DNA of 64,000 nt from a virus: the IMG/VR virus record IMGVR_UViG_3300009026_000007, positions 24,520-88,519 of that record; one strand, written 5' to 3'. The first letter of the stretch is position 1. Every line of letters starts with the position of its first letter. A program made the translations under genes and the position numbers. The notes beneath the pieces are model-generated. The model saw only the letters and a list, made by a program, of their open reading frames with translations. It made no database searches and was not told the DNA's origin. Positions 38,047-46,815 of the stretch are shown one piece after another.

Positions 38047-38291
38047 CCACAATCACTAAGATTAACTCTAAAAAGATTGTGGTATTCACGCTGTCATTTT
38101 CCTCTCCTAAGACAGCACTTAAGATATTCTCTGTTCCTCCTCTCTCTCCTCGCAGAGAATATCTTCTGGCCTTGGATAGATTATACTAGTACTCTCCTTC
38201 TAGTGTAATCTTCGCTAACAGGGCCATTTCTAAATAATCTTGTTGTTCTTTAACGATAATGTCAGTGGTCTGATCAGGATTATTTAGAAAT
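38047..38291 (+). ncRNA. multi-hairpin RNA with CU-rich (anti-SD) loops
   Basis: Five consecutive hairpins, three with TCTCCT loops; G-U wobbles favour the + strand. Confidence 0.65.
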
Positions 38292-38301
38292 TAATAGTAA
38301 G

Positions 38302-38565
38302 TAATATTTCTCATGTGTTTTAAAACCTAGAGCTAACTAGGAAGTTCGAATACTTATCTCCGCAAGCGGCTTCTGATGACTAAAGTAGGATTAATTACCC
38401 GAAAAGGTTGGTAGGAAGCTCTATTCATTAGAATTGAAGACAATAGCCAGAGTTAATCACTGTGCCGTACTGGAGTTGTGAAGCTAATGTAGGTTGGGGA
38501 CGGTTGATTACCTAAAAGAGATAGAGTTGGAGATGAGCACCAACTAAAACACAGCAGAAATATTA
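38302..38565 (+). ncRNA. ~265-nt multibranch structured RNA
   Basis: Closing stems TAATATTTCT/AGAAATATTA and TGTGTTTTA/TAAAACACA with several internal hairpins. Confidence 0.5.
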
Positions 38566-38583
38566 TTTATAGGAATATATGAC

Positions 38584-38991
38584 ATGGCTAATAAGCAGCC
38601 CCATACAGATAAACAAAAAGCAACACGCTTTGATGGTGAAAAAAGTAATAGAAATAACAAAGGCAATTCTTCTACTCGTATCAAGAAAAGTAAGTTGCGT
38701 GAACTGGCTGACAAACTTATTGAACGTCAGGATATTGCCTTGCAATTGATTGACAAGAGTTTAAAGAGCGAAGAAGTTAACCCGGACGCTGTAGCAAGTG
38801 CTAAGTGGATCATTACTTCAATCAATTCCGTTGTCAAGAGTGCTTCAGCAGAAGAGCTTGGTAGCTTCAATGCTCGCTTGAAAGGTAAGCGGGATGATGA
38901 AGAAGCTGAACAAACTCCTACTGAAATCAGTAAAGAATTGAAACCCCGTTTGAGTTTGGTTTATGTTGACCCCGGCGAAGACGATGATTAA
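38584..38991 (+). CDS. possible terminase small subunit
   Basis: Basic N-terminus (TRFDGEKSNRNNKG), helical middle, acidic end; lies upstream of the packaging module. Confidence 0.45.
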   Translation: MANKQPHTDKQKATRFDGEKSNRNNKGNSSTRIKKSKLRELADKLIERQDIALQLIDKSLKSEEVNPDAVASAKWIITSINSVVKSASAEELGSFNARLKGKRDDEEAEQTPTEISKELKPRLSLVYVDPGEDDD

Positions 38992-39004
38992 GATTTAAAG
39001 AACG

Positions 39005-39470
39005 TCCTACAGAGCGAGTGAATATCGAAACTGGACCTTAGAGGTCGTTCTCTGTAAGAAATAGGTAAATACCTTTGGTTTGTGAGGAGCCACCACTAAA
39101 GTACAGAAAGCCCTAGACGTGAGTTTAGGCGAGCTACTGATACATACTTAAATGGGTAACTTTTCACGCTAAGCCCTAGGCTGAAGCCACTTTATGTGGG
39201 GGTGGTTTAGAGTTGTTTACCGACCTTATTAATTCCTTGTGTGTGCAGACGTACCCCAGCAATTTCTGCATGTTTGTTGCTGTAGGGTGAGAGCAAGGAA
39301 ACCTAACTAGATCGCAAGGTCTGGTATCTCAGCTAGTTCCTGAGACCCCGGCATTCTGGCGGATGCCTGTTGTAAGACACTACGGACAGACGTGTAGGGT
39401 TGTGAATCCCGTCATGAATCTGAGTAGGGCACTCATACTAATTTCACCTCAGAAAATGCCCACCTATTCC
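39005..39470 (+). ncRNA. structured non-coding region upstream of the tRNA
   Basis: GNRA hairpins (CCTAGAC-GTGA-GTTTAGG; ACTAGATC-GCAA-GGTCTGGT) and a pseudoknot at 39233-39300; no ORF. Confidence 0.5.
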
Positions 39471-39472
39471 AA

Positions 39473-39546
39473 GGGTCTATAGTTCAGCCGGTTAGAACAG
39501 AGAACTCATAATTCTTTGGTCGTAAGTTCAAATCTTACTGGACCCA
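39473..39546 (+). tRNA. tRNA with CAT anticodon (elongator Met or Ile2)
   Basis: Canonical cloverleaf GGGTCTA/TGGACCC, GAGAA-CTCATAA-TTCTT, GTAAG-TTCAAAT-CTTAC; followed by CCC rather than CCA. Confidence 0.9.
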
Positions 39547-39697
39547 CCCTACATTATAGTCAATTATATTCTTTGGTATAATTGATTCATTTGAAAGCAG
39601 ATGAGGCTGTCCCACAAAAAGCCTGTGTTGTCTGTCTACAGGCTATAATCCCTCAGAACAAGAGACCTAAAATAAATATAATATAAGGTGTTAGTTA

Positions 39698-39967
39698 ATG
39701 ACCACAACAATCCCCGATTTAATCCTCAATGGTGTTGCATACCAAGATGTGTATGCACTTGCTGGCCTCGCACCCGGAACACCCCTTATTATTCAGAATA
39801 AATGTTCTGGTCAAGTAACCTTACAAATATCGGCAATAGCACCACCAGCATCAGATAAGGATGGTTATATTCTCTACCCTTATAAAAATGCTTATATTAA
39901 TGATGCTACGGAGGGCTTGTTTGCATTTGGTAAAGGCCGCATCCATGTTGCAGAGGATGTTTCCTGA
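39698..39967 (+). CDS. virion-associated hypothetical protein
   Basis: Beta-rich 89 aa, translationally coupled to the fibre-like gene. Confidence 0.6.
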   Translation: MTTTIPDLILNGVAYQDVYALAGLAPGTPLIIQNKCSGQVTLQISAIAPPASDKDGYILYPYKNAYINDATEGLFAFGKGRIHVAEDVS

Positions 39968-42120
39968 TGCCTATTACAGAATTTAAGAGTGGTAATTCCC
40001 CAAGACTTGGCCCACCTACAAACCTTTTTGATGGTGTAGATCAAGCAGCTTCTGTAGCCTTAAGGGATTCTTACTTCGCTGCCAACCCAGCTAAATTAGC
40101 AGTGTATAACAGTAATCCGGCCTATTTAATTCGTATGACATATAATGATTCTGGTAATCCAGTTGTCAAGTATATGTCTAGGGTTGCGGGAACTTGGGTA
40201 GACTACACTCCTGTTGTTCAAGGACTTCCCGGAGAAGTTGCTTCACTCCTTGGTGTACAAGTTGGTGAGATACCATTTAAGAAACTTGATGGTACGTTCT
40301 CCGGCTCAAACATGCGTGTCCTAGATGATGGTAGTATTCTAGCACCTCCCGGCTTCACTGTTGAAAGTGGGTCTGTCACCTTTGGTCAAGTGCTTACACT
40401 CTCTGAGATTAGTGGGTTCCTCGGGATAACTAACCATTTAAATGGTAATCAGTATACCCTGGTAGATTTTAGAACACCTACAGATTCAGCCTCGTCTGTA
40501 CCTCAAATATTCCATCTTATTGGCCCGGAATCTGAGTTTATTGCTCAGGGAACAGACAGTACAAATATCCCAGACAATCCACTGATCTTTCAGTATACGG
40601 TTCAAAATACAGCAAAAACAAATAAGCTTAAGTTTCGTACTTATTCAACGATGACTAATGTACGTATTAGGATTAGGCAGTTAAGTAATGGAGTGGTTGC
40701 TAAATACATACCATCCCAACAAGCTTGGGAAGAAGAGTTTGGTGGCGTTAATTGGGTATTAGGAGATAATATTTACGACCTAGGAGACACTCCACTTATC
40801 TTTAACGCTGGCACAATCATTGAGATTGAAATCAGAGCAGATATTGTCTCTTTAAAAGGTAATGCAAGTGAGATTCCTTATTTTACTGGAATTTTACAAG
40901 CCGGGGAATTTAGACAAGTAATCACTAATGCTGCCTATACTGCATCAGACATCAAGACAAAGCTTGAAACACTTTCTAGCCCTAATAAGCTCGCTAAAAC
41001 AGCCATTCAAGATGCTGTATTGAGTGTCAACGCAGGTACAGGTGATGTAGTCATTGGCAAATCTGATATTGGTTTAGGTAATGCTGATAATACGTCTGAT
41101 ATTAACAAACCCGTAAGTACAGCCCAGCAGACAGCTATCAACCTGTCTATGTCTAACCATTTGGTTGCTGGTGACCCACACCCTCAGTACACAACTCCTG
41201 CTGAAGCATCCGCCGCCGCGCCTGTTCAGACAGTCCAGGGTTTGACAGGTGCTGTTGTCTTAACAACTGCTAATATCACTGAGAGTGGGAATTTATACTA
41301 TTCAGACAGCAGAGTTACAAACTACCTTGTAACTAACGGCTACGTTACAAAATCTGCAAGCTCTGTTGGCTCTGGAAGTTCTATCTATAAACAAAATAAC
41401 TTAAATAATCTTGAGTTTAGAAGCCTTATAGGGACAGGTATTGCTTCTGTAACACAGAATGCAAATGACATCACTATCAACGTACCAGCAAATTCTATTA
41501 CAAGTGTGAATGGTCAAACGGGTGTTGTAGTTCTTAGTACAACAAATATTGCCGAAGGTACAAACCTCTACTATACAGATTCTCGTGTAGGGACTTACCT
41601 CACGTCTAATGGATACACTGTTAAGTCAATTAATAATGTAGGCACGGGTAGTAATATATACGCGGGTAATACAGCGGGATCGGTTACACTAAGAAGTATT
41701 ATTGGTACAGGTGGTGTGACAGCTACACAGAACGCCAACGATATTACACTGAGTACCCCAACGATCACAGGGGGCACTTACACCCCAACACTCACTAACG
41801 TTTCTGGCGTAACAACTTCTTCTGTTTCTTCTGCTCAATGGCAGCAAGTTGATGGTACAGTCACTGTAAGTGGGCAAATAACTATTGACCCAACTGGAGC
41901 AGGGGGAGGCACCTCTGTAAGTATTGGATTAAAACTTCCTGTAGCCTCTAACTTCGCTAACGCTAATGAATGCGCGGGTACTGCTGTTTCTCCAGGAATC
42001 GGGGGGCAATGTGGTGCAATCTTAGCTGATGCTGCAAACAACAGAGCAAACCTTCAATTCGTCTCTGTGTCTGGTTCAAGTCAAACTTGGTATTATCAAT
42101 ATACTTACAGAGTTATCTAA
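39967..42120 (+). CDS. fibre-like structural protein with internal repeats
   Basis: SVNGxTGxVVL, GLGNADNTSDINKPVS, DPHPQY and EGTNLYYTDSRV fibre motifs; ~90-aa tandem duplication. Confidence 0.7.
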   Translation: MPITEFKSGNSPRLGPPTNLFDGVDQAASVALRDSYFAANPAKLAVYNSNPAYLIRMTYNDSGNPVVKYMSRVAGTWVDYTPVVQGLPGEVASLLGVQVGEIPFKKLDGTFSGSNMRVLDDGSILAPPGFTVESGSVTFGQVLTLSEISGFLGITNHLNGNQYTLVDFRTPTDSASSVPQIFHLIGPESEFIAQGTDSTNIPDNPLIFQYTVQNTAKTNKLKFRTYSTMTNVRIRIRQLSNGVVAKYIPSQQAWEEEFGGVNWVLGDNIYDLGDTPLIFNAGTIIEIEIRADIVSLKGNASEIPYFTGILQAGEFRQVITNAAYTASDIKTKLETLSSPNKLAKTAIQDAVLSVNAGTGDVVIGKSDIGLGNADNTSDINKPVSTAQQTAINLSMSNHLVAGDPHPQYTTPAEASAAAPVQTVQGLTGAVVLTTANITESGNLYYSDSRVTNYLVTNGYVTKSASSVGSGSSIYKQNNLNNLEFRSLIGTGIASVTQNANDITINVPANSITSVNGQTGVVVLSTTNIAEGTNLYYTDSRVGTYLTSNGYTVKSINNVGTGSNIYAGNTAGSVTLRSIIGTGGVTATQNANDITLSTPTITGGTYTPTLTNVSGVTTSSVSSAQWQQVDGTVTVSGQITIDPTGAGGGTSVSIGLKLPVASNFANANECAGTAVSPGIGGQCGAILADAANNRANLQFVSVSGSSQTWYYQYTYRVI

Positions 42121-42159
42121 TACAAATACCTAAAACAATAAAAATAAGGTAGAAAGTGT

Positions 42160-42501
42160 ATGGCAGAGCACCTCAGTCCTTTTGTATGGAATACGGCGGG
42201 ACAGATGTTGGCCCCAATTATTTGGGTCGGAACTACCACTACAACAGGTGGAGTATGGAGTATTGACTACACGTCAGCAGGATTTATATCTGCCCCTTAT
42301 GTAGTCGCTACTACTCAACTGTCTTCTGCAAACGTTTATGATCGAAGTGCGGCAAGTCTAAGTACTGCACCTTCAACAACTACCGCCGCTGGGTATGGAG
42401 TTCGTTGGGCTAACTTGCTTGTACTAGGAGCAACTGCACGAAATGTACCAGATGGAACTGCCGTACAAGTAATTGCAATAGGTGAAACCTTCTCAGGTTA
42501 A
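42160..42501 (+). CDS. small beta-rich protein (fibre tip/lectin-like)
   Basis: T/A/G-rich, follows the fibre-like gene. Confidence 0.55.
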   Translation: MAEHLSPFVWNTAGQMLAPIIWVGTTTTTGGVWSIDYTSAGFISAPYVVATTQLSSANVYDRSAASLSTAPSTTTAAGYGVRWANLLVLGATARNVPDGTAVQVIAIGETFSG

Positions 42502-42635
42502 GTTGTTTTACAAAGCTACTTTGAAATATAAGTAGCTTCAATAAAATAATTGAAATAAATATTCAAAAAGCTTGACAAACGACTCTTATGTAGCGTAATA
42601 TCTCTTTTATGAATTGAACATTAACGGAGAGAACT

Positions 42636-42998
42636 GTGAACGAGTATAAAGTATTAGTTACAGGTAATGATGGTATTGGCTACACATTCATGAAAAATGT
42701 GATTGAGCTGGCTAACATGGGCGCCACCCTTGAAGAAGGTAAAGTGCCAACAATGCGCTTCCCTTATTCAGCATGGATGTATTTGAAGACTGATAAGCTT
42801 ATGGAAAGTAAGCCAGGGTTTCAGTTTCAGATTATGCAGGAAAATTTCACTAAAGAACAGCTTGACGAGCTAGAGTGGTCAGAGTTCAAAGCTGTAGTTA
42901 AGAAGAAGCATGGTATTGGAGGTCGCGACCGTCAGGTTATGACTCAGCAGTATTTGAAAGCAAGTGGTCAAGTAGAATCTTCCAAGGAAGAAAAATAA
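42636..42998 (+). CDS. hypothetical protein
   Basis: GGAGAG SD; TTGACA promoter at 42572. Confidence 0.7.
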   Translation: MNEYKVLVTGNDGIGYTFMKNVIELANMGATLEEGKVPTMRFPYSAWMYLKTDKLMESKPGFQFQIMQENFTKEQLDELEWSEFKAVVKKKHGIGGRDRQVMTQQYLKASGQVESSKEEK

Positions 42999-43110
42999 CA
43001 AGTTGTGTAAACGGCCTCTGCTATAAAGAATTCGGTGAACTATAATACCAAACATGAGGCTGTCTTGACGGCTGGCGAGGTGAGGCACCGTTTTACTTTG
43101 AGAATTAAAG

Positions 43111-43788
43111 ATGTTACTAGAAAGACCAAGAAAAGACTTAACTTCAAATCAATATACCAGACTTACTGTTATAGATTTCTCACACTTCCATATTCAACCT
43201 AGCGGACAAAGAAAAGCAGTTTGGAATTGTCTGTGTGAGTGCGGAAATCAGGTGAAAGTTAGTCACTCTAACCTTGTTTCTGATCACACTCAAAGTTGTG
43301 GATGTCTTAAGCAAGAAAGAATAACAAAGCATGGTATGTCAGATACTACAGAGTACAGATCGTACCGTGAAATGAAAAACCGGTGCACTAACGAAAATGA
43401 TACAGCTTATAGTTATTACGGAGAACGTGGAATTAAAATCTGTGATCGTTGGTTAGAAGATATGCCTGCTGGATTTAATAACTTTTATCAAGATTTAGGA
43501 CCATGCCCTCAAGGTATGTCTCTAGAACGTATAGAAGTTGAAGGAGATTATACTCCTGAGAATTGTAAGTGGGAAACTGACAGTATGCAGTCCTACAACA
43601 CAAGAATTAAGTCTCATAATACTTCGGGTCGAACTGGAGTTGGTTGGGATAACGCTAAGAATAAGTGGCTTGCTCAGATCGGTTATTTGGGTAAAGTTAT
43701 CTTTCTTGGTAGATATTTTTCTTTTGATGAAGCGGTTTCAGCTAGAGAAAAGGCTGAGATAAAGTATTTTGGACGAACCAAAGAGTGA
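43111..43788 (+). CDS. HNH/AP2 homing endonuclease
   Basis: CLCECG...SCGC...HG...YGERGIKIC.RW...SLERI...YTPENCKW...AP2 (LGRY.SFDEAV.AR). Confidence 0.88.
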   Translation: MLLERPRKDLTSNQYTRLTVIDFSHFHIQPSGQRKAVWNCLCECGNQVKVSHSNLVSDHTQSCGCLKQERITKHGMSDTTEYRSYREMKNRCTNENDTAYSYYGERGIKICDRWLEDMPAGFNNFYQDLGPCPQGMSLERIEVEGDYTPENCKWETDSMQSYNTRIKSHNTSGRTGVGWDNAKNKWLAQIGYLGKVIFLGRYFSFDEAVSAREKAEIKYFGRTKE

Positions 43789-43829
43789 TGTTATTCCCTC
43801 TAGGTTATAATTATTTAGAGGGAATTTAA

Positions 43830-45305
43830 GTGGCAGATAATGTAATTGCCCCAGCGAGCCGCCCTCAAGCCATGTTTCTGTCAACTCCTGATTGGGTTGA
43901 TATTTGTTTCTACGGTGGTCAAGCTGGGGGCGGCAAGACTTGGGCAGGACTTGCTCATCACGCTAAGTACATGCACGATCCTCTTTATAGGGGATTGACG
44001 CTTCGAAGAACAACCCCAATGTTACTTAAACCCGGCGCTGTTTGGGATGAAGCAAAACAGTTATACAAGTTACTAGACCCCGATTGTCGTGTAAGAATTA
44101 AAGATTTGAAAATCATTGCTAGTTCAGATGCCGAGATATTCTTTTCGCACTTTGAGCGTGTTGATGATACTGACAACTTTCAAGGTGCACAAATCTCCAG
44201 CTGTGTAATGGAGGAATTGTGTCAGTTCGAAGAATCTCAGTTTAACTATATACTATCTCGTTTGCGTACTAAGGCTAATATGAAGCCTAACATGCGAGCA
44301 ACGATGAACCCAGATCCAGATTCTTGGGTAAGGAAGTATGTTGATTGGTATCTTTATCCAGAAGGTCATGAATTATTTGGAAGACCTGACCCAGCCAAAC
44401 AAGGTGTCATTAGGTGGTTTGTTCGACTTGATAATGAATTGTACTGGGGAGAAAGTAAAGAAGATTTAGAACAACGTCATCCAGATCTTGTTCCGCTATC
44501 TTTCAGGTTTATTTCTGCTTCGGTCTACGATAACCCGCACATTGAAAAGAGTTACATTGCATTCTTGCAAGGTCTTCCCCGTGTAGAAAAAGAAATTCTT
44601 TTGCACGGCAATTGGGAGGCAAGGCCAGAAGGTCAAGGTCTTATAAAACGTGAGTGGTTCAAAGAAGAAGATCAGGAACCAGCATGGTGTGATATTGTTA
44701 AAACAGTACGGGCCTATGACGTAGCGGGTACGCTTAAGTCTTCTGACAGTGCTTACGATCCAGATTACACAGCCTGTATTAAGATTTCAAAGATGAAAGA
44801 TGGCACTTACTTCATTCACGATATTCAAAGAACACGTATTCGTTTTGGTGATTGGAAAGCCTTCATCCTAGAAAATGCACAAAGGGATGGTAATAAAGTA
44901 GATATTGTTTTACCACTAGATCCTAATCCCGCGTCAAAAGCAGCCACGACAATGTTAGCAAGAGAAATCTCAGCGGAAGGGTTCTTTGTGAGAACTATGC
45001 GTGCGAATTCTAGCAAAGTAGACAGGTTCCGCCCATTCGCGTCTATGTGTATGAATGGTGGTATCCGCATTCTAAGGAACTGCGGGACAGACTTTGAAAA
45101 CAAAGTATTCAGTGAGCTTGGCTTCTTTTACAAGGAGTTGGAGACATTCACAGGAGAAAGGAAGTCTGGAAAAAATGGTCATGATGATCTTGTCGATGTT
45201 TGCAGTGATGGCTTTATGATATTAGCACAGAAACAGATTATTCCAAACTTTACCGCAGCGCTTAAAGCTGCAAACCTAACTAAACCAAATCTATTTACCC
45301 AATAG
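43830..45305 (+). CDS. terL: terminase large subunit
   Basis: YGGQAGGGKT Walker A, MEEL Walker B, ATMNP, AYDVA and HDDLVD nuclease motifs. Confidence 0.93.
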   Translation: MADNVIAPASRPQAMFLSTPDWVDICFYGGQAGGGKTWAGLAHHAKYMHDPLYRGLTLRRTTPMLLKPGAVWDEAKQLYKLLDPDCRVRIKDLKIIASSDAEIFFSHFERVDDTDNFQGAQISSCVMEELCQFEESQFNYILSRLRTKANMKPNMRATMNPDPDSWVRKYVDWYLYPEGHELFGRPDPAKQGVIRWFVRLDNELYWGESKEDLEQRHPDLVPLSFRFISASVYDNPHIEKSYIAFLQGLPRVEKEILLHGNWEARPEGQGLIKREWFKEEDQEPAWCDIVKTVRAYDVAGTLKSSDSAYDPDYTACIKISKMKDGTYFIHDIQRTRIRFGDWKAFILENAQRDGNKVDIVLPLDPNPASKAATTMLAREISAEGFFVRTMRANSSKVDRFRPFASMCMNGGIRILRNCGTDFENKVFSELGFFYKELETFTGERKSGKNGHDDLVDVCSDGFMILAQKQIIPNFTAALKAANLTKPNLFTQ

Positions 45306-45313
45306 GAGATTAC

Positions 45314-46807
45314 ATGGCTGTAGACACAGAAGTCTCCTTGGAAAGTGGAGATAATGAAACTCCAACGCTGACTATGGGCGAGACTGGTTTTACTGGTTTG
45401 CTAACGCTTTCAGGCCAAGTGATGGAAGAATGTTCTCACGAGCTTCGTTGGCCTGAAGCAATCAATACCTATAAGCGTATGGCAAAAGATGGGGCTATTG
45501 CTCCAGCCCTAGAACTTGTAGAGATGATGATTGCACGGGTGCCCTGGACTGTAAAGATTCCTGAAGGTTACGAAGAACAACTTAAAGATAAAGCAAACTT
45601 TGTTCGTCAATGTATTAATGACATGGACCAAGATTTCCAAAGCTTTATTAAACAAGTGGTGTCTTACAATCGTTACGGTTTTTCAGTGCACGAAAAGGTA
45701 TTTAGATATCGACTGAAAGAAAAGGGTAGTAAGTATAACGATGGTTTGATTGGCATTAAGAAGCTTCCAATCCGTTCTCAGGATAGTATTGAACGTTGGT
45801 ACTGGAAGAACAATGGTCGTGAGCTTGCTGGTTGCATTCAAAATGTGATGTTGCCTGGTACAGAAAGCTCTAATGGATGGGATTTCGTATCAACATCCAG
45901 CAACCAGACAATGGAGAAGAAGATTCCTCGTAAGAAGTTCCTCCTTTTCAGAAATAATCCGCTGAAGGACTCACCCTGCGGAACTTCACCACTTAATGGT
46001 GCATGGCAGGCTTGGAAATATAAGCAAGCCTATCAAGAAAGTGAAGCTATCGCCGTAGCTCAGGATTCGAACGGCTTCAAAGTATTATACATCCCACCGG
46101 AGTATATGACTACTGATGCTTCTGAAGATAAGAAAGAGGCTTTCGAAGAGTACAAGAAAATCTTGTCCAACATGCACCAAGCGAAACAATCCGGTGTGAT
46201 TCTTCCGCTTCTTATTGACCAAGACGGTAATAAGATGTTCGAACTTAAATTCGAATCCATCACTGGTCAGAAGTCTTACGATACTAATGCTATTATCAAT
46301 CGATACACTTCTGAGATTCTGACAGCATTATTCGCTGATTTCTTGTCTCTTGGTAGTAACGGCAGTGGTAGCTTCTCTCTTGCAGAGTCTAAGATTAGTG
46401 TTGTAGAGATGGCAATCCAATCTAAGTTGGATGAAATCAAGTCCCAATTGAACCATGACCTCATTAAGCAATTGTTTGAGTTGAATGGTTGGGACACTGA
46501 TGTTCTTCCTTATCTAGATTATGGTTCCGTAGGTACTGAGTCTCTTGATGAGCTCGGTAAGTTTATCCAACGTGTGTCTGCAACCGGCAACCTTCCGAAA
46601 GTTCCTGAAGTTATCAACTGGATCATGAAAGCTGCTGATATCCCTTATCGTGTGGATCTTGGTTTGTCTACAGAGGATCTTACAAAGATTCTTTCTCCAG
46701 ACACATCGGCATCAGGTTCTGGTATGGTCGAGGGCCTGAACAATGGTACTGGATCTTCAGATGGTAGCTCAGGCGACTCTTCCACATCAAATAACGAAAA
46801 CGTTTAG
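45314..46807 (+). CDS. portal protein
   Basis: Follows TerL; YGFSVHEKV and GSFSLAE motifs (DUF935-like). Confidence 0.9.
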   Translation: MAVDTEVSLESGDNETPTLTMGETGFTGLLTLSGQVMEECSHELRWPEAINTYKRMAKDGAIAPALELVEMMIARVPWTVKIPEGYEEQLKDKANFVRQCINDMDQDFQSFIKQVVSYNRYGFSVHEKVFRYRLKEKGSKYNDGLIGIKKLPIRSQDSIERWYWKNNGRELAGCIQNVMLPGTESSNGWDFVSTSSNQTMEKKIPRKKFLLFRNNPLKDSPCGTSPLNGAWQAWKYKQAYQESEAIAVAQDSNGFKVLYIPPEYMTTDASEDKKEAFEEYKKILSNMHQAKQSGVILPLLIDQDGNKMFELKFESITGQKSYDTNAIINRYTSEILTALFADFLSLGSNGSGSFSLAESKISVVEMAIQSKLDEIKSQLNHDLIKQLFELNGWDTDVLPYLDYGSVGTESLDELGKFIQRVSATGNLPKVPEVINWIMKAADIPYRVDLGLSTEDLTKILSPDTSASGSGMVEGLNNGTGSSDGSSGDSSTSNNENV

Positions 46808-46815
46808 GAGGCTGT

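Noticed and set aside
38373-38420. CTGATGA...CGAAA resembling a hammerhead core
   Set aside because: Stem II cannot close (C opposite C) and I found no stem III/UH junction.
39601-43064. ATGAGGCTGTC present in two intergenic regions
   Set aside because: An 11-mer match is expected by chance in 64 kb, and I saw no third copy.
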